Source: Octopus vulgaris | Lineage: Eukaryota | Assembly (NCBI GenBank): GCA_951406725.2 | Contig: OX597823.1 | Span: 59,520,001 to 59,584,000, forward strand | DNA length: 64,000 nucleotides | Direction of reading: 5' to 3' | Shown: piece by piece, positions 1-12,445 of the stretch | Layout of the letters: every line of letters begins with the position of its first letter | Position numbering within the stretch: the first letter of the stretch is position 1 | Notes under the pieces: generated by a model | What the model saw: only the letters and a program-made list of their open reading frames with translations | Database searches by the model: none | Told to the model about the DNA's origin: nothing | Position numbers and translations under genes: made by a program

Positions 1-230
1 TTGGGAGGGGGGGTACAAACACAGACACACAAACACATATACATACATATAAATATATACATATATACAACAGGCTTCTTTCAGTTTCCATCTACCAAAT
101 CCACTCACAAGGCTTTAGTCGGCTCGAGGCTATAGTAGAAGACACTTGCCTAAAGTGCCACACAGTGGGACTGAACCCAGACCATGTGGTTGGTAAGCAA
201 GCTACTTACAACACAGCCACTCCTATGCCT
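1..230 (-). mobile_element. tRNA-derived SINE family A (5' part; runs off window start)
   Basis: Reverse complement reads aggcataggagtggctgtgt..gtaagtagcttgcttaccaaccacatggtct..gggttcagtcccactgtg (A/B-box-like head), then a body shared with many copies in the window and an internal (TA)/(CA) tract. Confidence 0.85.
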
Positions 231-699
231 ATAGTAGAAAATCCTTGCCCAAGGTTCCATACAGTGGTCCTAAACCTAACTCTGTGTGTATATAAAGCAA
301 GCTTCTTAATTGCACGGTCATATGGATCTTGTTTTAACATTGTGGTCTCAGACTGCAATATCAAGTTGATCATGTTTGGTTTTATTAATGTTTCTATATT
401 TAGGTTCCATTCATATTTTTTCAATTCATCGGTTTCAATATTTTCATTTTTATTCATTGCTGTTTTTTCTCCTTCACTTTTTGTTCCAGATTGTTCTGGC
501 TGCCATGTTATGTCTCATGGGATGTTAGTATATAAATGATATTCTTTTACAGTTGGTAATAATGTGAGTAGTGTCATTGGTTTTGATTTTACCTAGCATA
601 CATTTGTTGTCAGCTGATGTTTCCTAATTTTTGTGTTACAGGTCCTGGTGAGGATTTCTTGTTCCTGAATTTCATAGCAGTACCCTTCAAATTGAAATA

Positions 700-1240
700 G
701 TTCTGTATATATCAATGTGTGTGTGTGTTTGTATGCATATATATATATGTATGTATTGATATATGTATAGACTGCATGTATGTATGTGTGTATGTATGCA
801 TGCATGTATTGATATATGTATAGACTATGTGCATGCATTTAGATATGTATTTATGAAGTATGTATAAACAGAATATATATGTATGTATATATGTATTTTT
901 GTATGTATTTATGTATGTATGTATGTATGTATGTATGCATGTATGTATGTATATACATTTTCTATTCCTGAGCATTATACTAATACATCTGTTTGTTTTG
1001 TACACCACCTGTCTTCGTCTTTTGTTTTTTTCGTGAACTCTCCCTATATATATATATATATATATATAGGACGTCTGTATGTATTTATTATTGTATTTAC
1101 ACATCTATGATGTATAGATGTATGATGTGTGTATATGTGATGTGTGTGATGTATATATGTATAATGTTTGTATGATGTATGTATACGTACATATGATGTG
1201 TGCACATGTATGGATGTATATATGTACATATACATAAATC
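700..1240. repeat. Compound (TA)n/(TATG)n/(TG)n microsatellite
   Basis: Directly visible; explains the YIYI/MYVC ORFs. Confidence 0.95.
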
Positions 1241-2738
1241 ATTTAGTTATCTAAAATTTCTATTTAACTCTAAACTATTGAAACAACGCTGGTTGTTAAT
1301 TTGAACTCAGAGAGGTTAAAAACAAAATCAATAAACAAGATATAAAAAAACAAAATCTTTTTTTTTAAAGAACATTCTAATTTATTAAATAAATAGAAAA
1401 AACAATCATAGTGCAAGCAGAAAATAATTTTTTAAAAATACAGAAATAAATTTGTAAAACTTTAATGAAAATGAAAATAAAAGTATGTAAAAAAATAAAG
1501 AGAAATACAATACCTCCTCAGAAAGAATTTTAATTCTTTCAAGTTCTAGAGGACAATAAGAACTTGGAACTGTTTGGACATGACTAGAAATGATAGCTAA
1601 CTCTACATTATAGATAAAAGTGGCAGTTTTATGAAACTAAATGAGTCGTAATGTTGTGTTAAAAATAGTGATCTTTATGAAAACAATACTAAGTTCACAT
1701 TATATTGTTTTTTATTCAGGTTTTTTTTCTGACTTGATTCATTCGTTGGTTAAAAATAGAATGTTTACTAAAGATGAGGATAATAACATAAGTCAGAATG
1801 CATAATATGATATTCATGGCTTTTGTGATACTGAAAAAATACAACAACAAAAAAGCTAAAATATTCTTTAGTAATACAAAAGAAAATACAATTCTAATGT
1901 AACAATTTTTGTATTCTGGACAGAAATTATTTTTCTTCACTTTTAGCTGGTTCATATATTTATTTAAAGGACCAAAATATATATATAAGAAATCTACATA
2001 AATTCACCAATTTTAGTCATAAAAATTTTTTTTGTACCAAAAAGAAAAGAATGAAAAAAAATGTCAAGGAAAAGTCTTCGTTAATTATTTGAATATCTTT
2101 GTTTTGAAAGAAGAAAAACAGAAACTTATGATTTCCATGTAAAGAGATATTATTACAACTGCTAAAAATAGTGAAATACAAATAAGAATTTATTCAAAGT
2201 AATTATGGAAAATAATGCAGAAAGAAGAGGTAAATAAACATTTTAGATTCATAAATATAGAAACATATTTTAACATATGTGGTTTATTTCAAGTGTTTAT
2301 CTTCAAATTTCTGACTTTTTTATTTCGTTTCAAAAGTATATTCATAAGCTTAACAGCATAAAAGAAAGCTAATTATTATGCGTTAATCTTAGTCTGTCAT
2401 TATTGAAATAACCTATAACATGTGACATGTGAAGAATATATAAGTCAGAAATCATGCATGCCAATCTGTGATTAAAAGTACCTATGTAGTCTCTTAACTA
2501 GCTAGAAATAGCAGTGAAATTTCACTGGAATCATATTGTGATCTTTAGAAAGGGAAGGACGCACATTAAATGAAGTATTTTTGGATTTGATCAAAGGTTT
2601 ACATGATCGGAGTTGATATGAAATTAAACAAAGAACATAAACCATAAATACAGTTCTATATTTAAGGGATGAAGAATTATGTGCATTATTTACATTATTT
2701 ACATTCAACAGATATTTGTCCTCATCTTGTTTGTTGTT

Positions 2739-2784
2739 AACACAACGTTTCAGCTGATATACTCTCCAGCTGTCTTCAGGTATT
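2739..2784 (-). ncRNA. Minimal hammerhead ribozyme motif (PLE-type)
   Basis: Minus strand: aatac CTGAAGA c agctg gagagtatat cagct GAAAC GTT gtgtt; stem I aatac/gtgtt, stem II agctg/cagct, stem III reduced to palindrome AACGTT. Confidence 0.7.
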
Positions 2785-2989
2785 CTTGGGAAATTTCAAA
2801 CCTGGGTTCTCATTCCTAAGATATTTTTCAATGTTATTATTATTATTATCATCATTATCATTATTATTATTGTTCAGGTCCCGTGGGCATATGGTGTAGT
2901 GGTTAAGAGCACGGGCTACTAACCCCAAGATTCTGAGTTTGATTCCAAGCAGTGACCTGAATAATAATAATAATAATAATGATAATAAC

Positions 2990-3036
<47 letters not shown>

Positions 3037-3095
3037 CAACAGCAACATCGAAAAATACCTTAGGAATGAGAGAGCCCAGGTTCGAAATTTCCCCA

Positions 3096-3136
3096 AGATA
3101 CCTGAGGAAGGCTTGAGGTTATATCAGCTGAAACGT
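3096..3136 (+). ncRNA. Hammerhead motif, second arm; homology stops at GAAACGT
   Basis: agatac CTGAGGA aggcttgaggttatatcagct GAAAC GT, after which the sequence diverges from the left arm. Confidence 0.55.
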
Positions 3137-3139
3137 CTC

Positions 3140-3600
3140 TCACTAAATGAAACTCTAGGGGGAGCTGAACAGCAGAAGGTCTTCAGAGAATAATTCCCTT
3201 CTCCACACACTCATGAAAGTATCTCAACCCTTAACATCTTACTCTCCAAGGGAATATGGCCAGGCTGCACCCATACCATGACTCTTGGATAATTCTCTGC
3301 TGCAAAGTCTGTGCTAACTATTTGAAAAAGTATTTCTTTGAGTAGTATCAGAGCTGTGATCTCTCAGTTCGAAGCAGTAGTGGATCTACTCTCTGATCAC
3401 AGAGCTATGCACACTCTATTGAGTACTGTTACTTCAAAGACGGTCTTACTTAGTGATCCAGCCAAGGCAACTGGAGATGGCTGCTTCTGACAGGACTTGA
3501 TGGAAGGTGTGCATATGAACTCTGCCTCCCATCCCTCTTGGGAATATGCAAGTGAAGAAGATGAGATGAGATTTTCTTAGTGACCCTATTTGGAATGAAA
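3140..3600 (+). mobile_element. Highly decayed RTE-like LINE 3' fragment
   Basis: Only a PRQLEMAASDRT*W motif resembling the RTE C-terminal 'WE..A.DR..W'; many stops. Confidence 0.3.
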
Positions 3601-6427
3601 TCTATAGCAACATTGTAGTTATTGAAATTCAATAGTCTTTAATACTACTGCCATCAGTAGTAGTAAAAGCAAAATGTAAGAGGTTTTGGTGTACCATAAA
3701 GATATAAAATATCTGAACCTAACATCAGGTCCTATTATACATTGATATACATAATGTATGAAAAAAGTATGACTAAACAGTCAAGATTTTAATTTACTAT
3801 GTAAGAGAATAAGAGTGAATATTGTGGACAACCTAACTATAAGTGACATTCTTAAGATTTAAATAAAATAAAAAGATGTTACATGATTTACTTAATAATT
3901 GTGTAACATCTCCTATACTTTCTCTATCATATTTAATCCTATCTATTTGTATATACATTTCAAGGCAGAATTACTCAAAGTTTATAAAATCCTTCATTTA
4001 CACACAGCCACATATACATATCTGAAACTTTACATAATATAACTGTATTAATACAGATGATATTCATTGATTAGGTTTGGAAAAATTACAGTCTAAACAG
4101 CTAGGATTTGAACTCATTATCTAAAAGATAAGTTTAAGATTTAAATAAATATGTTGCCCAATGTTCATTTCTTTCCTTTAATCTTTCAACTGTATTTTAA
4201 TTATATCTATTAGCATATAAACTTCACTGCAAAATAATCTGCGAAAAAGAAGCATACACATATCATTTTACGCACACATATCTATAATTATATTCAGCTT
4301 CAAATTTTAAAAAGCAGGTAATGTTGAAATACTAGAAGTAATTTTGAACATTATGATAATGTGTATATTTCTAGCTTGTTTTTTCTTGAAATATCTAATA
4401 TAGTCCTGTCAGTCTTAATTATAGAATTTTAATTCAAATAACTTTCAGTTTTCAGTTACTCTTTAGAGTAACTTTTGTTTCAGGATCTTTTAGTCTAAAC
4501 AAAAGTAATGAAATAAAACTTTTAAAATACATCTGAATATTTCTATTCCTCTTTCATAAACATCTTTTCAAAATATCTGAACTTTTTCATTTCTCTTTCA
4601 CTTTTAAATGAATCTGAAGAGAGTTTGACAGCAATAAAGGTTAAGAAAATGTCAAATAGTTGCTGTTGCGTATTTAGCAATTCTCGTAAAGTCTCCAGTC
4701 TTTTTAACACAAATGAATCAATCATAGAAGTCACTGTTGCTACAATATGACATTTCACCAATCTCCTTAAGAACGGAAGAGTCCTTGCTCTTTCACAGAT
4801 CAGTTCTGTAAAAGCCTTTGGCTTAACATTGCCAAATATCCATGTGCCTTTCTGAAAACACTTGGCTGCAATACATCGGCTGCTCATCCATGAAAAGTCT
4901 TTAAGTAATGAGCCATTCTTCACCAACAACAAACTTGCCACAAATCAATACTAACATTGTCACAATCAAAGAAGTCATTGAGGAAAGGGCCTCAGCTTAT
5001 TTCTGACAATATTTTCCACTTGAATTGTCCATGATTACTTTGTGATAGAGTGTTCTTTTAGAAACTATAACATTCTTGTTTCAAATCCTAAAGGCTTCTA
5101 ACATCAAGATCTATTTGTGCTGATAATGTTATATGCATTTTGTTTGCAGAAAAATATTGAAAAATTAAATTATAAAGTAACCACTTTATGCAATTTAGTA
5201 CATACATGTATATGTGAGTGTATGTACAGCTCTGAATGTTATAAAGTAAATTAAATTATAAAGCTTCTGTTTCAGATTTTCTCACTGTTTCTCTTTTCTG
5301 ACACAAATCTCTGCTGAAAATATCTATCACTCTACTCCAAATATCTTAGTAGTTAATTCATTCATAAAATATAATTTTTTCCAGTTATTACCATAAGGTT
5401 TGTTCAATAGAAAGCAGATGTTAGAAAACAAAAATATTAATACATTAATATGCATTGAATATAAACATGGACATTGATGCTATATGAAATAGAAAAAATA
5501 AATTGGTGTTCATTCCCACCTGACACTTATTTTTGTATTTCACTTAATATTTTATCTCTCCAGTTGTCCATATTTACATACAATATATATACAAATTTAT
5601 TTTTTGAGGAAATCTTAGCTTAATAATAAATTAATTAAAAATCTTAATGTTTTCTTCATTGAAGTAATTAAGTTATTAATTACATAACTCTTGTGATGTT
5701 AAAGTAATAAAATAAAATATGTTTTTGCTTGTAGAGATTCCTGCTGTTCATTGCTTCTAATTGCTTGTATTTTTAAATTATTCATATTATAAATTAGAAA
5801 ATTAATTCGTTTTTGACATGTCTTATTTTCTTAAGAAAATTGAGATACTTTTATTGTAAAAATATGCATGTAGCACATGTTGCTGCAATTAGCGCATAGC
5901 ATGGCTGTTTAATTACAATAAATCCTACTTGTAAGATAATTAATTATATTGTAATCTGTAAGAGTTTAATGACTCATCAGCTTCAAAATTGTTTCATATT
6001 GAGATCATTTCTAAAGTGACAGTTCTACCATCTTTTAAAATGTAGACAGTGTAACTAATGGCAAAATTCCATTTATACACGTAGATAAGCTTGTGAATGC
6101 AATTTAGTACATGCCTGTATATGTGAGTGTATGGACAGCTCTGAATGTTATAAGTGTATATGTGTTTATAAATAAATTCAAAGTTTTTAAATATAATTCA
6201 TTCAAAATTAAAGTATACTTTAAAAGAAGAGAAAAAATTCAAGGATAAGACGAAGTCAGAAAGAAGAGTAGCCATTGCTGTTTTCAATATTTAAATCCTA
6301 AAAGCAGAGTAGCTAACACAAGGCAAATTAAGGCAGAGGATTAGCAAAATCATTAGAGAACATGTAGTATTTAGTTACAGTACTTCACATTCTGAATTCA
6401 AATCCTGTCATGGTCACATCTGACTTG

Positions 6428-6512
6428 TGGAGGCACATGGCCTAGTGGTTAGAGCAGCAGACTCACGGTCGAGGGATCACGGGTTCGAATCTTAGACCGG
6501 GCGATGTGTGTG
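6428..6512 (+). mobile_element. tRNA-derived SINE head fragment
   Basis: ggaggcacatggcctagtggttagagc...gggttcgaatc: A box and B box. Confidence 0.7.
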
Positions 6513-6699
6513 CTTATAAAAACAAGAACTTGGTAAACAATTGAAATATTCCAGAATAAGTAGCATTTATAGTATGAATCTTTGATAGTTAAGTTAGTGT
6601 TAACATTTTTAATGCAGGGACTGTGAAAAATTTATTTTGAAATATTTATACACTGAAGAAATGAATACATTAAACTCAGTGATTAATACTGGTCTCAAA

Positions 6700-7060
6700 T
6701 TTGTCTGTCTTTAGGTTCTAAGTTCAAATTCCACCAAGGTCGACTTTGCCTTTCATCCTTTCGGGGTCGATTAAATAAGTACCAGTTACATACTGGGGAC
6801 GATGTAATCGACTTAATACCTTTGTCTGCCTTGTTTGTCCCCTCTATGTTTAGCTCCTCATGGGCAATAAAGAATTAAATATTGGTCTCAAACTTTGGCA
6901 CAAGCCAGTAATCTCAGGGTTGGAATAAATCGATTATATTGACCCCAGAGCTTATTGACGCCCAAAAGAATGAAAAGCAAAATCAATATCAGCAGAATTT
7001 AAACAAAATGCCACTAAGCATTGTGTCCAACATGCTAATAATTCTGCCAGCTCACCACCT
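6700..7060. mobile_element. Two SINE family B fragments in opposite orientation (6700-6876 +, 6885-7060 -)
   Basis: Core aggtcgactttgcctttcatcctttcggggtcgattaaataagtaccag, shared with 31910-32122 and other copies. Confidence 0.75.
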
Positions 7061-7929
7061 TTGTCCAACGATGAATATTAATCTAACAGCATGTATGGGA
7101 GACAGGTCTGGACATGTTTTAGTCTTATTAGACTTCATCAGGGAAACAAACTTCACTGTACTTGTCAAAGTTGTGATGAGCAGATGTAACGTTTCTACAT
7201 GTGTAGACATGAAAAATTGATATATTTGAAAAAAAGCCTAATTACTATAATAAGAGTTATTGTGCTTTTACGTATTCAATATACAAAGAGTCTCATCAAC
7301 AGCAGCACCAACAACAACAGTTGCTGCAATTTTTTCGGATATTACATTGGTAATGTTGATGATGATGACAATGAAAGCGGTGATGACAGTAACGATTATG
7401 ATGATGACAATGATGATGTTTTACTTTAGAATTAAGAGATATTGAAACTTAACCCAAATTCTGTCATATATACTCTTTCCTTATTTTAGCACAAGGCCAG
7501 CAATTTTGAGGGGTGGGGAAGTTGGTTATGTCAGCTCCAGTGCTCAAATGGTGCTTATTTCATCAACAGGTGAAGTCAATGTTGGTAGAATTTGAACTCA
7601 GAATATTCACAGACAAAATACTGTTCAGCATTTTGTCTATTTTTAGTACGCCAGACAAAATGCTCAGGACCATTTCATCCATTGAGGTAATGATTATTCC
7701 AGCTTACTGCCATCAAATCTGGTCAGAAATATAAAATTAGTTACCTGTATATTAGTTGAAGCATTTTGTAAAGGTATTAGCAGTAAAGATTGGGACCATA
7801 CTGAAACTGTTGTGTTATCTCAAATTGTTAGGGATTTATTGGGTTATGACACAGCAAGTGATATCTGGACTCAGAATGGTATGAATCTGAAGATTGTTGT
7901 TGACTTTACCTTCCTGGAATGTGATATTG

Positions 7930-8408
7930 TTCACCACATCATCAATTCACCACAAGATAAGTTCACCATCATCAATTCACCACAGGGAAAGTTCACTATC
8001 ATCAATTCACCACAGGGGCAGTACACCATCATCAATTCACCATAGGGAAAGTTCACCATCATCAGTTAACCACAGAGAAAGTTCACCATCATCAATTTAC
8101 CACAAGGAATGTTCACCATTATCAATTGAATGCTGGGAAGTTCACCATCATCAATTCACCACAGCGAAAGTTCACTATCATCAATTCACTGCCAGGAAAG
8201 TTCACCACAGAGAAAGTTCACCAATTCACTACAGGGAAAGTTCACCATCATCAATTCACTTCCAGGAAAGTTCACCATCATCAATTCACCACTGGGTAAG
8301 TTCACCATCATCAATTCACCACAGGAAAAGTTCATCATCAATTCACTGCCAGGACAGTTCACCATCATCAATCCACCACAGGGAAAATTCACCATCATCA
8401 GTTCACTG
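7930..8408. repeat. ~30-bp minisatellite, roughly 15 degenerate units (catcatcaattcaccacagggaaagttcac)
   Basis: Tandem units visible; produces the 10-aa periodic ORFs (INSPQGKFTI). Confidence 0.9.
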
Positions 8409-8451
8409 TTTTTTTTCAATAAAATAGCTTTTAACTATTAATGGTGAGATA

Positions 8452-8668
8452 CTATTCTTTTATTCTTTTCCTTTTACTTGTTTCAGTCATTTGACTGTGG
8501 CCATGCTGGGACACTGCCTTTAGTTGAACAAATCACCCCAAACCTATATTTTGTAAGCCTAGTACTTATTCTGTTGGTCTCTTTTGTGAAACTGCTAAGT
8601 TTATGGGGATGTAAACACACCAACGTCAGTTGTCAAGTGATGTTGGGGAGACAAACACAGACACACAA

Positions 8669-8755
<87 letters not shown>

Positions 8756-8919
8756 CGACGGGCTTCTTTCAGTTTCTGTCTGCCAAACCCACTCACAAGT
8801 CTTTGGTCGGCCCTAGGCTATAGTAGAAGACACTTGCTCAAGGTGTCACGCAGTGGGACTGAACCCGAAACCATTTGGTTGACAAGCAAGCTTCTTACCA
8901 CACAGTCACACCTGTGCCT
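8452..8919 (-). mobile_element. SINE family A, full length
   Basis: Head at 8919, internal (CA)n/(TA)n tract, tail ...aaatgactgaaacaagtaaaag. Confidence 0.9.
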
Positions 8920-9337
8920 ATGGATATATTTTCTCAGTAAACTTTCCTCATGGTGAACTGACGGCAGTGAACTTACCTGTTTTGAAAGAGTTGCATTGGT
9001 CTGAGCAACTCACATGACAGGATGATGATGATGATGTTGATGAAGATTTCTGTCAGCACCTATAAAATAAAAAGGATCTTAATCAGAATTTTCATCCATG
9101 AATATTCAGTTGCTTCATCAACTAAAATAGCACACGAGTGGTCGAGTATTCCATAGACATATGTACACTTAATGTTATTCTCAGTTGGAATGAACATGGA
9201 CCAGGATGAAAAGATTAGGTCATTGAACTGCATGTACAATCCATCCATCAGGCTCCTACATAGTTTCCATCTACCCAGTTTCACTTACAGGGTATGAGTT
9301 GATGCAAGGCTATAGAAAATGATGCTTGTCCAAAGTA

Positions 9338-9800
9338 TCATCATCATCATCATCATCATCATCGTTTAACGTCTGCTTTCCATGCTAGCACGGGTTGGAC
9401 GATTTGACTGAGGACTGGCAAACCAGATGGCTGCACCAGGCTCCAATCTTGATCTGGCAGAGTTTCTACAGCTGGATGCCCTTCCTAATGCTAACCACTC
9501 CGAGATGGTAGTGGGTACTTTTACGGGGGCCAGTCAGGCGGTACTGGCAATGACCTCACTCAAATCTTTTTACACATTCCACTGGCACAAGTACCAGTAA
9601 GGCGATGCTGGTAATGGTCACGCTCAAATGGTACCTTTTATGTGCCACTGGCATGGAAGCCAGTTAACCGCTCTGGGAACAATCACACTCGGATGGTGCT
9701 CTTAGCAACCTACTAGCATGGGGCTCAAGTGTCAGTAAGGTGACGCTGGTAACGATCACACTCGAATGACGCCTTTTATGTGCCACTGGCATGGAAGCCA
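9338..9800 (-). mobile_element. RTE-LINE-type 3' end / non-autonomous derivative with (GAT)n tail
   Basis: (CAT)n-cgtttaacgtc..ttccatgctagc..ggatgcccttcctaa, matching the 3' end of the RTE at 27955; internal tandem duplication near 9590-9800. Confidence 0.8.
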
Positions 9801-10399
9801 AGTGGAATTGAAACAGAGTTCTCATGTTTGCAAAGCAAACTTCTTAACTATTCAGCTATACCACACCTACAATCACCATCTATACACAGTTGACATTAAC
9901 TGTAATCCATCCATGGCTAATGAGAGGGCACCAAATATATAATTTGAGTCACAGAGAGGACAAAACATGATAAGAAATATTTTGACCTTACTGAAGTAAA
10001 AAGAATATAACATAATAAAATAAAAATACAAGTTATCTACCCATTCATGAAAATTAGAAGCTAAATTAAGAGTTATAGAATTTCAGCCATATGCTCTCAG
10101 AATTTTTAAATTGGTTCCTTAGCCAAACGTCTTACTGTTAACCTAGACAAGAAGGTCCTACAGTTGAAATATCTTCAGGTTGTTTCTGAGAATTCTACTT
10201 ATTCTAGAGTAGATTCTAGAAATAATTTAATTTGTTCTGCAATGAAGCAAGAAAAAACTAGAAATCGAAGTTATTAGTCTGTGTTATTCAGTTAACCAAC
10301 TTCAGACATTTTCAGTTTCCACAAATATACATATATGTATATATGTGTGTGTGTGTGTGCTTGCGAATATATGTGTATGTGTGTGTGTGCATGTATGTA

Positions 10400-10432
<33 letters not shown>

Positions 10433-10568
10433 ATGTATGTATGTGTGTGTATGTATGTATGTATGTATGTACATATGCATATATGTACATATAGATATGT
10501 GTGTGTGTACAAATATATGTATAGATATATGTGAGGGTGTCTATATGTGTGTATACATAAATATTTAT

Positions 10569-10613
<45 letters not shown>

Positions 10614-10919
10614 TATATGTATATATATATACATATGTTTTATCTGTGCACATATATATGTTCATATATCTCTGTGTGCATTTGTATGTATGTACATGTA
10701 TTCACATGTACATACATACATATGCACATATATATACAGAGGGAGGAGGGAGAGAGAGAGAGAAGTTGTTAAAAAATTCACTTAAGAACAAAATGATGTC
10801 AGGTTCAGTCTCAGTAAATTGTTTCTCGATTAGGTGCCTTCTGGTATAGGTCTGGATTAATGTCTTGTGAGAGAATTTAGTTTGTTGAAACTGTGAGAGC
10901 ATGTTATATACATTTACAC

Positions 10920-11582
10920 ATACATACCTCCATACAGACAGACTGCTGAATTCAGAGTTGAATTAGAAATGAAACCCCAGGTGTGGAAGCAAAATCTGGA
11001 ACCAAAGGGCCTTAAAGTTAATTTGGTAAGCTAGAAAACAGACAGGAAACTAATCCCTTCAGAAGAATGGTTATGTAGAGAGGTGCTGACAGAAATTCCA
11101 TTTAGTGTACCCAGTGTAAAATTCCATTTAGTGTACCCAGTGTAAAATCTGGACACATATTAGGTGGATTGGAATCAAAGGTAGGTTAACAGAGAAAGTA
11201 GATTTTGTGTGTGGATGAGCAATAAATAGGAAGAACTAACAGGAAAAATACTTTCTCAAATTCTCAGGAGGATCCTGTGAGGTAGCTGAGAATTTATGTT
11301 ATATTGGTGTTCTAAATAGTAGTGAAGAAAGTTGCACTGAAACTATAGTTGCTACAATAAGAACCAACTATAGAAAAGAATTTTCTCTTGTGAGTAATTT
11401 GGTGGCCTCACTACTGCTTGTGTTACAAAAAACATAAAAAAGCACTCACAACATTCTGTAAAGAGGTTGGCATTCAAAAAGGCATCTAGTCCAATCAGGC
11501 ATTGGAACTCAATGCAGTCCTCTGGCTCACTAAGTCCTGTCAAACCATGAAACCTATGCTAGATGTTAAACAACAATGTTGA
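10920..11582 (+). mobile_element. Decayed RTE LINE 3' fragment
   Basis: Similar to the reverse complement of 28700-29200 and to the RTE 3' end (gttggcattcaaaaaggcatctag...gatgttaaac). Confidence 0.5.
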
Positions 11583-11759
11583 TTTGATATATATATGTAT
11601 ATAATTTGAAACTGACTTGAAAATTGGAAGTCCACCTGAAGATTGTCGATCAGGACAAGAAACAATTGTAGTGGCGGTTTTTTTGACTTTTTATTAAAAT
11701 TTTATGTATTGATTAAGTCTTTCCTTGTTTGTTTTGCAAAATAGTGGTTTTGTCTCTAA

Positions 11760-11802
<43 letters not shown>

Positions 11803-11803
11803 C

Positions 11804-12358
11804 ATAATACATGTAAATAAATTAGAGAAGACCCATCATGAAGCAATTCAACAATGATATACTTAAATCATACCATATAGAAAAAAATTAAAGACACGAT
11901 AAAACACACAACACAACAGAACACAATAAAACATTTACCTAAAACTAAAGTACTAAATACTAAATAGTATATAATTAGTAAATAGACTACACGTGTTTCG
12001 TGGTTATATTTTCAAATTGATAGCAATAAAATCAATTTAATTTAGATATAGTCACTCATCAGGTCTAAGATTAAAACAATAAAATAATTCAAATAATTAA
12101 ATAAATGTACGTATTATTATCTTATAAGAAAAGATAAATATATATAAAAATACGTAATTTTACAATAAAAAATTGAACAAAATTTTTCGCGTCTTTAATT
12201 TTTTTCTATATGGTATGATTTAAATATATCATTGTTGAATTGCTTCATGGTGGTTCTTCTCTAATTTATATACATGTATTATATATTGTGAAATTTGATT
12301 TAGTATTACTAAATGGAATTTTTCCCTGTAAGTTTGGAATCATATTCCCTAATATGAT
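11804..12358 (-). mobile_element. Non-coding PLE-like element with HHR and inverted 3' arm, between (TA)n tracts
   Basis: 11804-11899 is the reverse complement of 12187-12282; the right arm continues ~75 nt to (TA)n; HHR at 11983-12067. Confidence 0.8.
11983..12067 (-). ncRNA. Type I minimal hammerhead ribozyme
   Basis: Minus strand: tagac CTGATGA gtgactatat...aaattgatt..atcaattt...atataaccac GAAAC acgt GTA gtcta; stem I tagac/gtcta, long stem II, palindromic ACACGTGT. Confidence 0.85.
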
Positions 12359-12445
12359 ATATATATATATATAATGTACTGTTCTGTGGTAGTAAGATCA
12401 AGAAAAAAGTATTCCATCTGGTTTATATATATATATATATATATA

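Larger units (their letters stand above)
2648..3136. mobile_element. tRNA-headed, hammerhead-bearing SINE-like element in head-to-head inverted form (left arm 2648-2880 -, right arm 2885-3136 +)
   Basis: Right arm: gggcatatggtgtagtggttaagagc...gagtttgattcc (A and B boxes), (AAT)n, body, then CTGAGGA..GAAACGT. Left arm is the reverse complement of the body and continues to the 3' end ...aatatagaactgt. Second copy at 24345-24647. Confidence 0.8.

Noticed and set aside
2885-2958. Functional tRNA gene
   Set aside because: Poor acceptor stem, mutated B box, no poly-T terminator; continues into a repeat body present elsewhere
4543-4941. 132-aa minus-strand ORF as a host gene
   Set aside because: No recognisable motif, non-ATG start, no supported splice context; cannot be excluded without a search
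7930-8408. Possible CRISPR array (30-bp periodicity)
   Set aside because: Contiguous tandem units without unique spacers; eukaryotic context; no cas genes
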